A DNA stretch of 64,000 bases from Octopus vulgaris (taxonomy: Eukaryota). The notes beneath the pieces were generated by a model. It was not told the origin of the DNA, did no database searches, and saw only the letters and a program-made list of their open reading frames with translations. Each line of letters opens with the position of its first letter. The first letter of the stretch is position 1. Both the position numbers and the translations under genes were made by a program. The stretch is from positions 13,888,001 through 13,952,000 of the forward strand of contig OX597819.1 of the NCBI GenBank assembly GCA_951406725.2, given 5' to 3'. This document shows, one piece after another, positions 12,706 through 28,020 of the stretch.

Positions 12706-13299
12706 ATACGTAGAATGTGGTGAGTCGTTGTGAGAGCTTTCCAATCCATGCTATCATGGGGGACGAATGTATAATGATGATCGTTGTATCGTATTCCATT
12801 ATGTAGTTAGCATATGGTTAACTGTAGAATACGTCGGTATAGCAGTGTAGTATGATGGCACATATAAATATGGAAGAAGACTTGATTGTATTCTTGGGAA
12901 AAATACACTTAGAGTTTGAGGTCAGGTACTTTAAGCTGTTAGTGGTAGGCCAGTACTGTTGGTTATACGGTCGAGTTAACATCGACCAAACATTGCAAGT
13001 GCCGCCTGACTAGCTCCCATGCTGGTGGCACGTAAAAAGCACCATTCATGCGTGGGTCATTGCAAGTGCCGCCTGCCTAGCTCCCGTGCTGGTTAGGAGA
13101 GTGTTGTGGACACCCTACAGCATTAAAAGCAAGGCCCATCACAGGAGGACGAACTTCTTCTAAGCCAGCAGTCATTTACAACTCCATTGGGCAGCCATAC
13201 TGGTGTTGCTTTGTGAGAGAAAGACGTTATTTTAAGGCCAACTGCTTGCTAGCTGATATTAAATATTGTTAATCAGGTTGATTCACTGCAGTTCTTTAA

Positions 13300-13950
13300 A
13301 AATTTGTACCAGCAATTTTGGAAGGATAGGGTGAGCTGATTATATTAACCCCAGTACTTGAATGGAATGTTATTATATTTTATCAACCCTGAAAGTTGAC
13401 TTAGGTGAGATTTGAACTTAGAATGTTAAGTGTTAGAATAGATGCTGCTAAGCATTTTGTCTGACGCACTAGTGATTCTGTCAGCTTGCTGTCTTAATCA
13501 TAATTCTTTCTTCTATAGGCACAAGGCCTGTAATTTTTGTAGGAGAGGCCACTTGATTACATCAACCCCATTGCATAACTGGTATTTATATTATTGATTG
13601 CAAAATGATGAAAGGCAGAGGCAGTCTGTGTGACACTTGATCTGGGAATGTAAAAATGAAAGCAATGCCAGTAAGCATTTTGTCTGTGATGGTAAAAATT
13701 CTGCCAGCCTGATGCCTACTTAATAATAATAATAATGATTCTTTCTACTATAGTCAGAAAACCTGAAATTTTTTGGGGGAAGAGGTCAGTTGATTAGGTC
13801 CATTCCAGTACTCAAGTAGTGCTTTATTTTATTGTCTCTGGAAGGATGGAAAGTAAAGTTGGCCTTCATGGGATTTGAACTCAGAATGTAAAACCCAAAG
13901 AAATGCCGCAGAGCATTTTGTCTTGCATGCTAACAAGTCTGCCAGCTTTC
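13300..13950 (-). mobile_element. Cluster of three old SINE family C copies
   Basis: Three CpG-decayed, same-orientation copies separated by (TAA)-rich linkers. Confidence 0.65.
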
Positions 13951-14170
13951 CACCTTGAAAAAACATCTGAAAACTTCAGAAATACCCCACAATCTAGGTG
14001 TATTGCAAAAGTCGGCATTACTTGGAACTGCGCACATATTGCATAAAAAAATGTCTGTTTGAGGTCCTTGTTGTGACTTGACAAACAGTACAAACTTTCA
14101 GTAGACACAATATTTTCAATCAACAACCTCACGATATTGTATACTGTGTGACTTCCATAATAATAATGAT

Positions 14171-14587
14171 GGCGCAGGAGTGGCTGTGTGGTAAGTAGCT
14201 TGTTTACCAACCACATGGTTCCAGGTTCAGTCCCACTGCGTGGCACCTTGGGCAAGTGTCTTCTACTATAGCCTCGGGCCGACCAAAGCCTTGTGAGTAG
14301 ATTTGGTAGATGGAAACTGAAAGAAGCCCGTCGTATATATGTATATATATATATATATGCGTGTGTGTGTTTGTGTATCTGTGTTTGTCCCCCCAACATC
14401 GCTTGACAACCGATGCTGGTGTGTTTATGTCCCCGTTACTTAGTGGTTCGGCAAAAGAGACCGATAGAATAAGTACTGGACTTACAAAAGAATAAGTCCC
14501 GGGGTCGAGTTGCTCGATTAAAGGCGGTGCTCCAGCATGGCCGCAGTCAAATGACTGAAACAAGTAAAAGAGTAAAAGTAAAAGAGA
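14171..14587 (+). mobile_element. SINE family B (young, full length)
   Basis: Near-identical to 2578-2992. Confidence 0.9.
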
Positions 14588-14604
14588 ATAATAATAATGA
14601 TAAT

Positions 14605-14937
14605 GATTTCAATTTTTACCACAAGGGCAGCATTTTGGGGGGAGGGGATGAGTCGATTACATTGACCCCAGTGTTTCACTGGTACTTAATTTATTGACCC
14701 CTAAAGGATGAAAAGCAAAGTTGACCTTGAAATTTGAACCCAGAACGTAAGGATGGACAAAGTACTGCAAAGAATTTCACCCAAGATGCTAACGAGTCTG
14801 CCAATCCTTTCTACTATGGGTATGAGACCTGAAATTTTAGGGAAGGGGGTTAAATCAATTACATTGATCCCAGTACTCAACTGGTACTTAATTTATCAAC
14901 CCCAAAAGGATGAAAGGCAAAGTTGACCTTGGCCGAA
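14605..14937 (-). mobile_element. Two SINE family C copies
   Basis: CpG-decayed family C sequence. Confidence 0.7.
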
Positions 14938-15002
14938 TAATAATAATAAAATAATTTTTTATAAAATAATAATGATAATAATAATAATAATAATGATAAT
15001 AT

Positions 15003-15540
15003 CAGGCACTGGCTCTCATGGCTTCTTGTCTTAACTGATTGGAAGTGTTATCATGTACATTGTTTTGTCTTGGTATAAAAGATGGGCTACAGCAAATATT
15101 CTGCTCAATACCACAGATTTGCTTGTCAGTTGTTTGACCATAACCAGTTGACCATGTCCCTTAGTGGCTGACGATATGTACATCTCTGATCACGAGCAGA
15201 AGTAGTGGAGGAGCATCATAGCCATGTGTTGAGAGGGATTCTTTGAGGTTTGAATAATTCACCTCTGGAAACATAGGTGTTTCATTCAACATCCTCAAAC
15301 AACCCTTATTTAGGGACCTTTTGAGTGGGATGGGTTACTCGACCTGAAGAAAATTCTAACTGGGCCCCACTTGCAAGGTCATGCGCAGTTTATCTTGATA
15401 TGAGATCACCATGTTGTGCACACATGGTTGTGATGCATGTGCCTGGTATACCCTTATCAGACGGGTAGTCATGATGGGTATACTGGGCTTCATATATTTG
15501 TACCCCAGTGTCATTTTGGCATACCCTGCTCTCTCACTCA
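15003..15540. mobile_element. Interspersed repeat family G inserted in (TAA)n
   Basis: Reverse complement of 63229-63567; both copies are flanked by (TAA)n. Confidence 0.75.
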
Positions 15541-16818
15541 ATAATAATGATAATAATTGTAATAATAATAAAGTGGTCATGGTTTCCAAGATCTACATTA
15601 TTGTTGCTTCAACAAAAGAAGCTTCAATATATTTCTCAAACCATGAATAATAAAAGCGTAATAATGATGATGATGATGATAATAATAATAATAATAGTAA
15701 TAATAATAATAATAATAATCATCAGTGTATGAGGAAAATTATTACGCAAAGATGATTTTTTTCAAAAACAAAATACACACTCACACACACACACACATAT
15801 ATATATCCCCTTGATTTATACAATAGGTGGATGGTCATGACCTAAACACCTTTGTTCAGAAGTCCTTTTGATGATAGTAAACTAAAACAACTGTGACTGG
15901 TCAGTCATTTTGGGAACTCTCACCCCCCACCTCTTCTCCATTTAGTTTACCTGATGAGTAATAATGCAATAGATCTCTCATTCTTCCTTGTTATATACCT
16001 GTAGCTCACTCCAACTCTCTCTCTTTCTCTCTCTCTACATCTCACTCTCTCTTATTCTCAGTCTCTCTCGCTCTCTCTCTCTCTTTCTTCTCAACAATCC
16101 TTAGAAACAGTATTTATATCTCAAAAACTGAGCTTTGGCAGTGGGTTTGTGCAAAGTCAAGTTTTCTCACGGGAATTCACTGAAGTGCAAACAATTGACA
16201 ATTGGCTTTTGTTTTCTGCTTACACAGGTACATATGTGTGTGTGAGTGTGTGTGTGTGTGAGTGTGTGTCTGTTTACCTCTGTCCTTTTGTATACATACA
16301 TGCAGGTACGTACACACACACACACACAAACACATATTTAATATGTACATATATTACTATATGTGTGTGTATATATATATATGTGTGTGTGTGTGTGTAT
16401 AGTAATATATGTATATACACACATAAAGCATATGTTTATATATATGTAGTAATATATATATTACTATATATACTACATGTATATAAACATAAAGCATATG
16501 TTTATATATACGTAGTAATATATATGTATATGCGTTAAGTATATATTTGTATTTATGTGTGTGTGTATATATATACACACACATATATACACTAAGTATA
16601 TGTACTTATATTAATGTGTCTGTGTGTGTGTGTGTATAGTAATATATATACACACATAATAGTATATATTTATATATATAGTAATATATGTATATGCATT
16701 AAGTATAAATTTGTATTTATGTGTGTATGTATATATATATATATATACACTTAATGTGTGCGTGTGCGCACACACACACACACATATATATATAAACTTA
16801 GTATATGTACTTATATTA

Positions 16819-17956
<1,138 letters not shown>

Positions 17957-19334
17957 CACCATCATCATCATTTAGCATTTGTATTTCATGCTGGAATGGG
18001 TTGAGTCGTTTGGCAGGACCCAGCGTGTCAGAGGACTGTGTGAAAGTGTGTCTGCTTTGGCCTGGTTTCTACACCTGGGTGCTCTCCCTAATGTCAAGTA
18101 CTTTATAGAATGTATTGAGTACTTTCTTGTGTCACTGCTACTAGTGAGGTGTCCAAGTAACAGGCAAAGCATAATGGCCCCGAGACAGAGTGAAGATGCT
18201 GTGTTGAGAGAGGTGGCTTTATGCCAGGTACTTAGAGGCAAATGTATGACAGAGGACTAGGAACAGGTGTCTTGTAGAAGAGATCCCAGGCTGCCCCACT
18301 TGGTAAAGGAGAGATGATGATAGTGGTGATATGTCAGGACATACACTCAAGATACAAGAGAGTGAATGTGAGGAGTAGGGGTACAAAGGAAGAGGTCAGG
18401 GGGATATGGGGCAGTGGCTCAGATGTGTGTGTGTGCATGTGTGTGGTTCTTTCTTATTTCATACACACAGAATGTAGACATCTGTTAGCCTCCTGTGGTA
18501 TGCTGCCTTTGTATGTTTAAACAGCACATGTTTACATTCAAATGTTTATAAAGTCCAGGTTGGAATGAGACAATAATTAACACAGAGAAAAGTAGCGATT
18601 TTCAACTGCAGCTGTGTTGTAAAAGTAGTGTTGTTAGAAAGGTGTTTAGGAAGTCAGTGACACAATTCCTATGTCTGTGTCATATTACAAGTTCTTTTGA
18701 GTTGCATGTGTAATGTCAATAGGATTTATTTAAAGAAAATCAGAATCAACATTCTTGGTCAATAACTTGATGGAATAGAGATATGGCAGATTGATGTCTC
18801 ATTCAACTGTAAAGTATCTTCTTGTATTCCATGTGGCTGTAAAAACTGATTGTTGCTCTGCCTGGCTTAAGTACAGTTTTGTAGAAAAAAACCTTGACTA
18901 ATTTGTATATTATTTGCCACTCCATCAATCACTTCCCTTCTTTTCAACAGCAACAATACAAGGACTCTTTTGATATCATCATCTGCTCCCAATGTGGCTG
19001 GAGTTCTGTTCCTTTCTGGACTGATGAGTCTTGTGCAAACATGTTCACATTTTTCAATCTGTTTGTTGACAATCTGTAACAGTGAAGTATTGTGTCCATT
19101 CTGAATTGAATGTCTTTGATTATTTACAGACAGTGATACATGTTTAGCGCTCAGAGAATGGATTACTGAATGTTCCTCTTCTTTGATGCAAACAGAAAGT
19201 GAAGCAGGGATTGTTAGTGTAATAACAAAAGCTTAATTATCACTCCAAGTTCAAATATGTGCTGTGTTGTCACAGAGAGATCATGTTTAGTGAAGAAAAT
19301 TGTGCATTGCAGATAATTAATGACAAACTTGTGT

Positions 19335-19380
<46 letters not shown>

Positions 19381-19554
19381 AATGGAAAAAAATTTGGAGA
19401 AATAGAATCCATTACATGACCTTATATATGTTGTTATCAACAGAAAATTCTGGAAGTGCTTCAAGGGCTGAGAGTTTCCTACAGGACACTGTATAACACA
19501 CAAAATTCTGAGCCCTTCAGTCACTTTCACAACTTTCTGATGATAAAATACACG

Positions 19555-19895
19555 CATCATCATCATCATCATCATCATCATCGTTTAATGTCCGCTTTCC
19601 ATGCTAGCATGGGTTGGACGGTTTGACCGGGGTCTGGGAAACCAGGAGGCTGCACCTGGCCCAGTCTGATCTGGCAGTGTTTCTACAGCTTGATGCCCTT
19701 CCTAACGCCAACCACTCTGTGAATGTAGTGGGTGCTTTTTACGTGCCAGGCGAGGCTGGCAACAGCCACGATTGGTTGGTGCTTTTTATGTGCCACCAGC
19801 ACGGAGGCCAGTCGAGGCGGCGCTGGCAACGGCCACATTCAGATGGTTCTTTTACATGCCACTGGCACTGGTATCACAACTACAATTTCCATTGA
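19555..19895 (-). mobile_element. RTE 3' UTR fragment, (CAT)n tail on + strand
   Basis: Same family as 1364-1950. Confidence 0.8.
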
Positions 19896-19974
19896 TTTTT
19901 GATCGATGTATTAAAGGTCTTAAGCACAGCTTTTTCTGTGTTCCATTCATATTGCACATCCAATGGAAAGCAGC

Positions 19975-20185
19975 AAGTGGGCAGAATGATTAACATGCCA
20001 GGCAAAATGCTTAGCAGCTTTTCATCTATCTTCATGGTTTGAATTCAAATTCAGTCAAGGTTGACTTAGCCTTTCATCCTTTTGGGGTTGATAAAATAAT
20101 TATCAGTTGAGCACTGGAGTCAGTGTAATCATCTTACCCTCTCCATCGAAAATACTGACCCTGTGCCAAAGTTTGAAACCAATTC
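19975..20185 (+). mobile_element. SINE family C, diverged
   Basis: Core GTTGACTTAGCCTTTCATCCTTTTGGGGTTGATAA. Confidence 0.7.
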
Positions 20186-20307
20186 TATACATCCAATGGA
20201 ACATGCTTACTTTATTTCTTTGCAGTATTTGTAAATCCTCTGCATGTAATGCCCTTGAACAATCTGCCCCCCCGTACCAGGAGAGAGAGAATGGGAGAGG
20301 GCGGAGA

Positions 20308-20353
<46 letters not shown>

Positions 20354-20807
20354 AGGAGAATCCCTTTGATGTTGACAGATGTTCCAGCTCACTCAGCAAT
20401 TCTTACTTTGTTTACTTTGGCTTTTGATTCACTCATTTTCACATCCAATTATATCACCTTCATTGCAGTAGTTAACAAGTGTTTGTTATGAGCATTTGAC
20501 AGAATGCTTGTAGAAACGGTTGCCCTTACTGCTACTGACGATAAATACACATATGAACTTCTTTCCTTTAACACCTTAAAATATAGGATCTCTTCTCTGA
20601 AGATGGAGGTTTGTCTCATCCTATGATGGAATCAATCTACAAGCATTCTGAGCCTCCAGAAAACAACTGTTGGATTTGTAATTCTTTTCTTCAAGCCCTT
20701 TAATCCCCTGTACAATTTCTATTCTGTGCAAGTCAGGCTTTTTGTATGTAAACATTACATCTTTGTATTTCATGTATAGATACACACGTGTTATTGTGTG
20801 CTGTGTG

Positions 20808-20835
<28 letters not shown>

Positions 20836-20840
<5 letters not shown>

Positions 20841-21222
20841 GAAAATAGTAAAGAGTGAAAAAACGACAGAAGGCTTAAATGTTAAAAAATATATATATTT
20901 GCGTCAATATGTCTGAAGAATATTAGAAAATTTTATTTTTTAAATTTTTTTCTCTTAAAATGACATAATTTTAAAGAAAGACCGGTTTCGCGTGTAGCTT
21001 TTCAAATTTCTTGTGACGTTATGAAAAGCTACACGCGAAACCGGTCTTTCTTTAAAATTATGTCATTTTAAGAGAAAAATTTTTTTTTTAATTTTCTAAT
21101 ATTCTTCAGACATATTGACGCAAATATATATATTTTTTAACACTTAAGCCTTCTGTCGTTTTTTTACTCTTTACTATTTTCTATATATTCACCCACGTGC
21201 TTTCACAAACCAACTTTCTTAT
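20836..21222. mobile_element. Fold-back (Penelope-like) element with ~165-bp arms in (TA)n
   Basis: 20836-21003 is a near-perfect inverted repeat of 21022-21187. Confidence 0.75.
20974..21012 (-). ncRNA. Minimal hammerhead ribozyme, U3-A8 core variant
   Basis: AAGAAA-U-UUGAAAA-GCUACACGC-GAAA-CCGG-UC-UUUCUU; palindromic helix III ACCGGU. Confidence 0.6.
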
Positions 21223-21247
21223 CTATCTATATATATATATATATATA

Positions 21248-21456
21248 CTCTCTTTACTCTTTTACTTGTTTCAGTCATTTGACTGCAGCCATGCTGGAGC
21301 ACTGCCTTTAATCGAGCAACTCAACCCCAGGACTTATTCTTTTGTAAGCCCAGTACTTATTCTATCAGTCTCTTTTGCCGAACCGCTAAGTGACGGGGAC
21401 GTAAACACACCAGCATCGGTTGTCAAGCAATGCTAGGGGGACAAACACAGACGCAA

Positions 21457-21493
<37 letters not shown>

Positions 21494-21650
21494 CGACGGG
21501 TTTCTTTCAGTTTCCGTCTACCAAATCCACTCACAAGGCATTGGTTGGCCCGAGGCTATAGTAGAAGACACTTGCCCAAGGTGCCACGCAGTGGGACTGA
21601 ACCCGGAACCATGTGGCTGGTAAACAAGCTACTTACCACACAGCCACTCC
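21248..21650 (-). mobile_element. SINE family B
   Basis: Full-length reverse copy. Confidence 0.9.
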
Positions 21651-21727
21651 TATATATAAAGAAAATTTAGAAAATTGAGATGTAGCACTAATATAATTTA
21701 TTAACAGCAAAAATTCAACATATTGTC

Positions 21728-21817
21728 TACAGCTGTTTCAATTTAGCCTAAAAGATTAAATTACAATTATTATTGTTATTGTAATTTAATCTTTTAGGCT
21801 TAATTGAAACAGCTGTA
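21728..21817. repeat. Fold-back with GAAACAGCTGTA ends (partial hammerhead 3' half)
   Basis: About 40-bp inverted arms; no intact CUGANGA. Confidence 0.6.
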
Positions 21818-22115
21818 AGAGAATACTAGGCAATGACCAGTAATTCATTGGATATTATTATTCCTTAATGAGGTTATTTAACCTCTAATTAAATGTGTGT
21901 GTGTGTGTTTGCTTATCCAGTAGGTTGGCATCATTCAGGAACCAAAATGAAGCAAAGTGCAGTGATCAGTCATATATAGCAACATTCAGTAGACTGGTCA
22001 ATCATGTGATGTATATATGGAAAAACAGACATAAAATTAAGGCCTTCTAGTTTAGGGGGCTTTGTTGCCTCTATATAAATATTTTATATCCATTTTACCA
22101 TATTTACACACATGT

Positions 22116-22281
22116 AGGCGCAGGAGTGGCTGTGTGGTAAGTAGCTTGCTAACCAACCACATGGTTCCGGGTTCAGTCCCACTGCGTGGCATCTTGGGCA
22201 AGTGTCTTCTGCTATAGCCCCGAGCCGACCAATGCCTTGTGAGTGGATTTGGTAGATGGAAAATGAAAGAAGCCTGTCGTA

Positions 22282-22320
<39 letters not shown>

Positions 22321-22556
22321 ATGTATGTGTTTGTGTGTATGTGTTTGTGTGTCTGTGTTTGTCCCCCTAGCATTGCTTGACAACCAATGTTGGTGTGTTT
22401 ACGTCCCCGTCACTTAGCGGTTCGGCAAAAGAGACCAATAGAATAAGTACTGGGCTTACAAAGAATAAGTCCCGGGGTCGATTTGCTCGACTAAAAGGCG
22501 GTGCTCCAGCATGGCCGCAGTCAAATGACTGAAACAAGAAAAAGAGAAAAAAGAGA
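22116..22556 (+). mobile_element. SINE family B
   Basis: Full-length copy. Confidence 0.9.
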
Positions 22557-23224
22557 GTATGTGCACACACACAGTGTTCATATACATACATGTGTATATA
22601 CACACACATATGCACACACACACACACATACTCACACTCATGCACATGCACTCACAGTCTGCATACACCCACATAGTCATTCACCCCATTACATTTATAT
22701 ATGCCAAACACTGTAGAGTAGGTGTGAGCTAAAAATGAAGTCAACTTTATTACTTTATTTTTCTGGTCGAGTTTCTCTTTGACTTGTATGTCATTATCTA
22801 ATGTGACCTTTCTAATAAAAAAGTATCATTGTTAAACTGAGATCAATCCTGTTCAACCAGATGAGTGACCAGTTGTTGTTTAAGCCATGATTGTCTTATA
22901 CAAGCGACCAGTTTAAGCCATGACTATCCTGTCATTTTTTTGCATCCTCTACCATTATATCCAACAATTCTTTCTCTTTTTTTTAAAAACTAGATTGCAA
23001 AGTTTGGCTGTTATTTCTAGCTGATCAAGTGAGTGGATTGAGATTGTCTTGGTTATTGTTGTGTTGGCACTGATCAAATAGATTCTATGACCAAAGATAG
23101 TCTAATTATAATCATTCTATCATTCCATCTATATATGTGTATATCTATCTTAATTATTAATTTAATTATACCTTTATCTATCTGTCTATTGAGCTATCTA
23201 TTTATTGTTTTCTATCTAACTACT

Positions 23225-23281
<57 letters not shown>

Positions 23282-24819
23282 GTCTATCTTTCTGTCTTCT
23301 ATCTATATATCTATCTAATTATCTTTCTTCATATTTTTCGTAGATTCAATGATGCAGCATCAAGTGGATTAGCTGTAACTACTATATGGATAATCTCTCA
23401 TGGCTTAAGTATGTAATCCAATTTTTCCCTTGGTTACTTATGTAGACCAACAATCAATTGACTTATTTGTTCACTCAATTTATATTCTCACTTGATCAAT
23501 TGATCAGCTTTCCTTTCAGAATTTAGCAAAGATATTGCACTGTGAGTGCCTTTGGGTGTTATCTTTGATGGAACCACCTTACAGGCCAAGTGGTCAAGCC
23601 AGCTTGATGATGACATACCATATTAGAAAACCAGTTCATAATTTCTCATTGCTTATCTTCTGCTAGCATTTATTTATACTGCTTTAGGCAAGACACTTGG
23701 TTCACCTAGATCTGCTGATATATATGTATATACATACATACATTCTATATATGTATATCATCATCATCATCGTTTAACGTCCGCTTTCCATGCTAGCATA
23801 TATGTCGAGAGTAAAGGAATTTTGTTAACATCTTCGTTCGACTCCATTCTTTCATTTATTCATATGTATATATATATATATATATAATATCAATTGATAT
23901 AAATGCTATATGGTTGGTTTGTTGGTTGATTTCTTCTGTCACATTTTACATCCTAGAGAGATTGGGGGTGGGAGAGAGTAAAGGAAAGATACAGAGAAAG
24001 TTAACACGAGAGATACAGGATAAGTGTCTCTTATAACTTACTGAAAAATATAGATTTGTGTATATTTATATAATTTTTTTTTGTGGGGGGTATATAGCAA
24101 TTATGTTGATAAAATTTAGAAAAATAATGTTTATTGCAAATATACAAATGAAAGCCTTGTTTTCTTTAATTCTGTTTTAAGATAATAAGTATTTTTCTTT
24201 TGAAAACTAGTATTCATTTCCTCATTGTGTATAAACATTAAGAGATTTGATTAAATTTAAATTGCAATTATTGTATGTATGGTGTATTTCCTGGTGTTAC
24301 TCATGGTGGCAAAAATATACTTCCAAAGTTAACTATAAGAATGACTGGTAACACTCGTGTGTGTGTGTGTTTGTATAAAGTAGCAGGTTATCACTTGTAT
24401 ATGTGTTTGATACACCATAATTTCACTAATTGTTTTAGGTGCTTATGTCATGATGAGCAGGTAAAGGACCCTCCTGACTAACTAAGTAAAACATCTGGGA
24501 TATAACTACTAGAGGGCAAGAGAGGGCTGCAACCAGTACCAGGCTGGTACAGATTACCAGTTGAGTGGACAAGGGCTACATGAAAAGAAATGTTTTGTTG
24601 AAGAACACAAGAGTGGTACTTGGTCTAAGAATCAAACCTTATGTTCGTTTAGGTCAAAGAGAGAGAGATTTTTGTAAAATTTATTAGAATTCTTAAGCTA
24701 AAATAATTATGATAGATTGTAATATCGTCAAAGAGGCAGTTATGTACTTAGGTTTTCAAAGAAATCAGAATGATGTATTTCCTACGTAGAATTTTTTTTT
24801 CATAATACACGTGAGTGTA

Positions 24820-25478
24820 TGCAGGTATAGCTGTGTGGTAAGAAGCTTGCCTCCAAACCACATTGATCTGGGTTCAGTTACACTGTGCAGCACCTTGGGT
24901 AAGTGTCTCCTACTGTTGCCTTGGCTAACAAAAGTCTTGTGAGTGGATTTGGTAGGTGGAAACTGGAAGAAGCCTGTTGTGTATTTATATATATATATAT
25001 ATGTATATGTATATACAAGGCGAGCTGACAGAAACATTAGCATACCGGGAAAATGCTTAACAGTATTTTGTCTTTCTTTATGTTCTGAGTTCTAATTCCG
25101 CTGAGATTGACTTTGCCTTTCATCCTTTCGGGGTTGATAAATTAAGTATCAGTTGCATACTGGGGTTGATCTAATCAACTGGTCCCCTCCCTAAAAATTT
25201 CAGGCCTTGTACTAGAGTAACAAAAGAACACACATATATATATACCCTTTCACCTCTGCCACTATCTGGCAAATACAGACACATATCTATATATATATAA
25301 ACATATATATATATATATATCTGACGGGCTTCTTTCAGTTTCCGTCTAGCAAATCCTCTCACATGGCTTTGGTTGGCCCAAGGCTATAGTAGAAGACACT
25401 TGCCAAGGTGCCACGCAGTGGGACTGAATCCGAACCATGTGGTTGGGAAGCAAGCTTCTTACCGTACAGCCACTCCTA

Positions 25479-25514
<36 letters not shown>

Positions 25515-25742
25515 ATGTGTTTGTGTGTCTCTTTGTATGTGTGTTTGTCTATCACCAATACTTAACGACTGGTGTTGACGTGTTTACATCCCTATAACTT
25601 AGCAGTTCAACAGCAGAGACTAATAGAATAAGTACCAGGTTTAAAAAAAAGTACTGGGGTAGATTCATTTGACTAAAATTTCTTCAAGGCAGTGCTCCAG
25701 CATGACCGCAGTCTAATAACTGAAACAAGTAAAAGATAAAAG
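24820..25742. mobile_element. Cluster of SINE B halves and one SINE C
   Basis: B 5' half + at 24820-24985; C + at 25018-25228; B 5' half - at 25320-25480; B 3' half + at 25515-25742. Confidence 0.75.
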
Positions 25743-26282
25743 CTAAATATCTGTTGGTTTTGCTTAGCCTGAAATCATGTCTGTAACTGGAGACATTCAA
25801 GTGATGACCATCATTCCTTTCTGTGTGTATAGAGCTAAATTGTCCAATCATCTTTTAAGAAGGTACAAATGACTTGAGGGAGCTTTGGCTGCTGTGTGAA
25901 TATGGTACCTAGTGGTTGTTTTAAGCTTTATATCAGCAAATATATGAAAGTCTGTGCCTTCGCTGATGAGGAAAGAATAAGACTGGAAACATGCTCTGAG
26001 TTGCTTCCCATCCCTACTGAAATAATTAATACAATATTAGTCATTATCTAACATTACTTTTGTCCAATGGTTTCTAATTTAGTTTTTATTAATCTCTGCA
26101 TGAAATACATTAATGATATGACCTTAATGATCACATTTATAAAATCTTTTTTGTATGTCTTCTGTTAAAGACAAGTTAGGATTCGGACAGTATGTGTGTA
26201 TATGTGTGTGCACATTTGCTCACATGCCTAGCATGCATCAAAGATACATTATTGTTTATAAATGTATATGTGTTTCTATACA

Positions 26283-26810
26283 TATCATCATCATCGTTTA
26301 ATGTCCATTTTCCATGCTGGCATGGTTTGGATGGTTTGACTGAGGACTGGTGAGCCAGGAAGCTTCACTAGGCTCCCATCTGATTTGACAAGGTTTCTAC
26401 AGCTGGATGCCCTTCCTAATGCCAACCACTCCAAGAGTGAAGTGGGTGCTTTTTATATACCACCAGCACGAGGGCCAGTAAGGTGGCCCTAGCAACTATC
26501 ATACTTGGATGGTGCTTTTTATGTGCCACCGACACAGGAGCCAGTCAGGCGGCACTGGCATCAACCACGCTTGGATGGTGTTTTTTACGTGCCACTGGCA
26601 CAGGAGCCAGTCAGGCGACACAGGCATGGACCACGTTTGGATGGTGCTTTTTACGTGCCACCGGCACAGGATCAGCCAGGTAGCACTGGTATCGATCATG
26701 CTTGGATGGTGCTTTTTACGTGCCACCGGCACAGGACCAGTTAGGTTGCACTGGTATTGATTGCATTCAAATGGTGCCTTTTATGTGCCACTGGCACAGG
26801 AGCCACTCTG
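26283..26810 (-). mobile_element. RTE 3' UTR fragment with VNTR
   Basis: Same family as 1364-1950; about 5 units. Confidence 0.8.
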
Positions 26811-26994
26811 AAAACTGGTAAATGTGTGTGTGTGCTTTTATTTGTGTTTATAGCTGTGTATGTTTTTTGTGTATTTGTATGTGTGCATGTGTGAGTGAGT
26901 CACGTGCCCATACTTGTAAATCGACTTGTATTCTCTGTGAAGAGATAGACATAAAAATAAGGTTTTGACTTAATGTCAGTCCATGTGTGGTGCA

Positions 26995-27458
26995 ATATAT
27001 ATTTATATATGGTTGTTTGTTTGTGTATGTATATATGGGTGGGTGTGTTTGTGTGTGTATGTATATATGGATGGGTGTATGTGTGTATGTATGTATGGAT
27101 GGGTGTGTGTGTGTGTGTTTGTGTGTGTATGTATATATGGATGGGTGTATGTGTGTGTGTGTATTATATATGGATGGGTGTATGTGTGTGTATTATATAT
27201 GGATGGGTGTGTGTGTGTATGTATATGTCGATGGGTGTGTGTGTGTGTGTGTGTTTGTGTATGTATGTATATATGGGTGTGTGTATGTTTCTGTGTATAT
27301 GGGTGTGTGTGTGTGTATGGGTGTATGTGTGTTTGTGTGTGTATGTATATATGGGTGCATATATATATGTGTGTGTGTGTGTATATATGTATATATGTGT
27401 GTATGTGTGTGTATATATGTATATACGTGTGTGTATATACATACACACACGTGTGTGT
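26995..27458. repeat. Compound GT/AT microsatellite with recurring ATGGATGGGTG
   Basis: Direct reading. Confidence 0.85.
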
Positions 27459-28020
27459 TTAATGTCTATTTCTGGCAATGAGGATTTTTTTTCAAAATAC
27501 AAAAGTAGAAATTCCCCCCCCTACCACATTCAAAATTGACGGGTTTTTTTTTTTAAATCTTTTCTGAATGAGTCAACATGTAACTTAAAATATTGTATTT
27601 AAATTTTGTAAACTTCTTTTACAATTCAATATCTACAAAAGACAAAATTGAAATTACTCATTTCCTTTCTATCATATTTTACTGGAAACTTTGACAAGGC
27701 ACAATTCTCACTGGCAACATGCACATTCACTTACTTAAACAGCCACCACCACCACCACAACCACCACCTCTACTACTACTACTACTACTACTGTAATTGT
27801 AAGTAAAAATTATCTTTGTATTAAATGTGTTAATATGTTTACATATTTAATGTTAATATGTCAACATTAACCTAAGTGCTGTTTTTCAAACCAATGTCAT
27901 ATCGTTAATTATTTTCTATCAAAGTTATTAGAACCAGGTTGTTTATATTTGTTAACTAGAAGCTACTTTGGAACATCGTCCATGTTTTGCAGGGTTTTTC
28001 AGGTGATTATGGATTGAATT

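Noticed and set aside
18730-19060. Very old LINE RT remnant on the minus strand
   Set aside because: Only faint motif resemblance; too degraded to call. The same applies to 35920-36430.
25958-26002. Hammerhead at CTGATGA...GAAACATGCTC
   Set aside because: Stem II does not pair and helix III is broken; at most a decayed relic.
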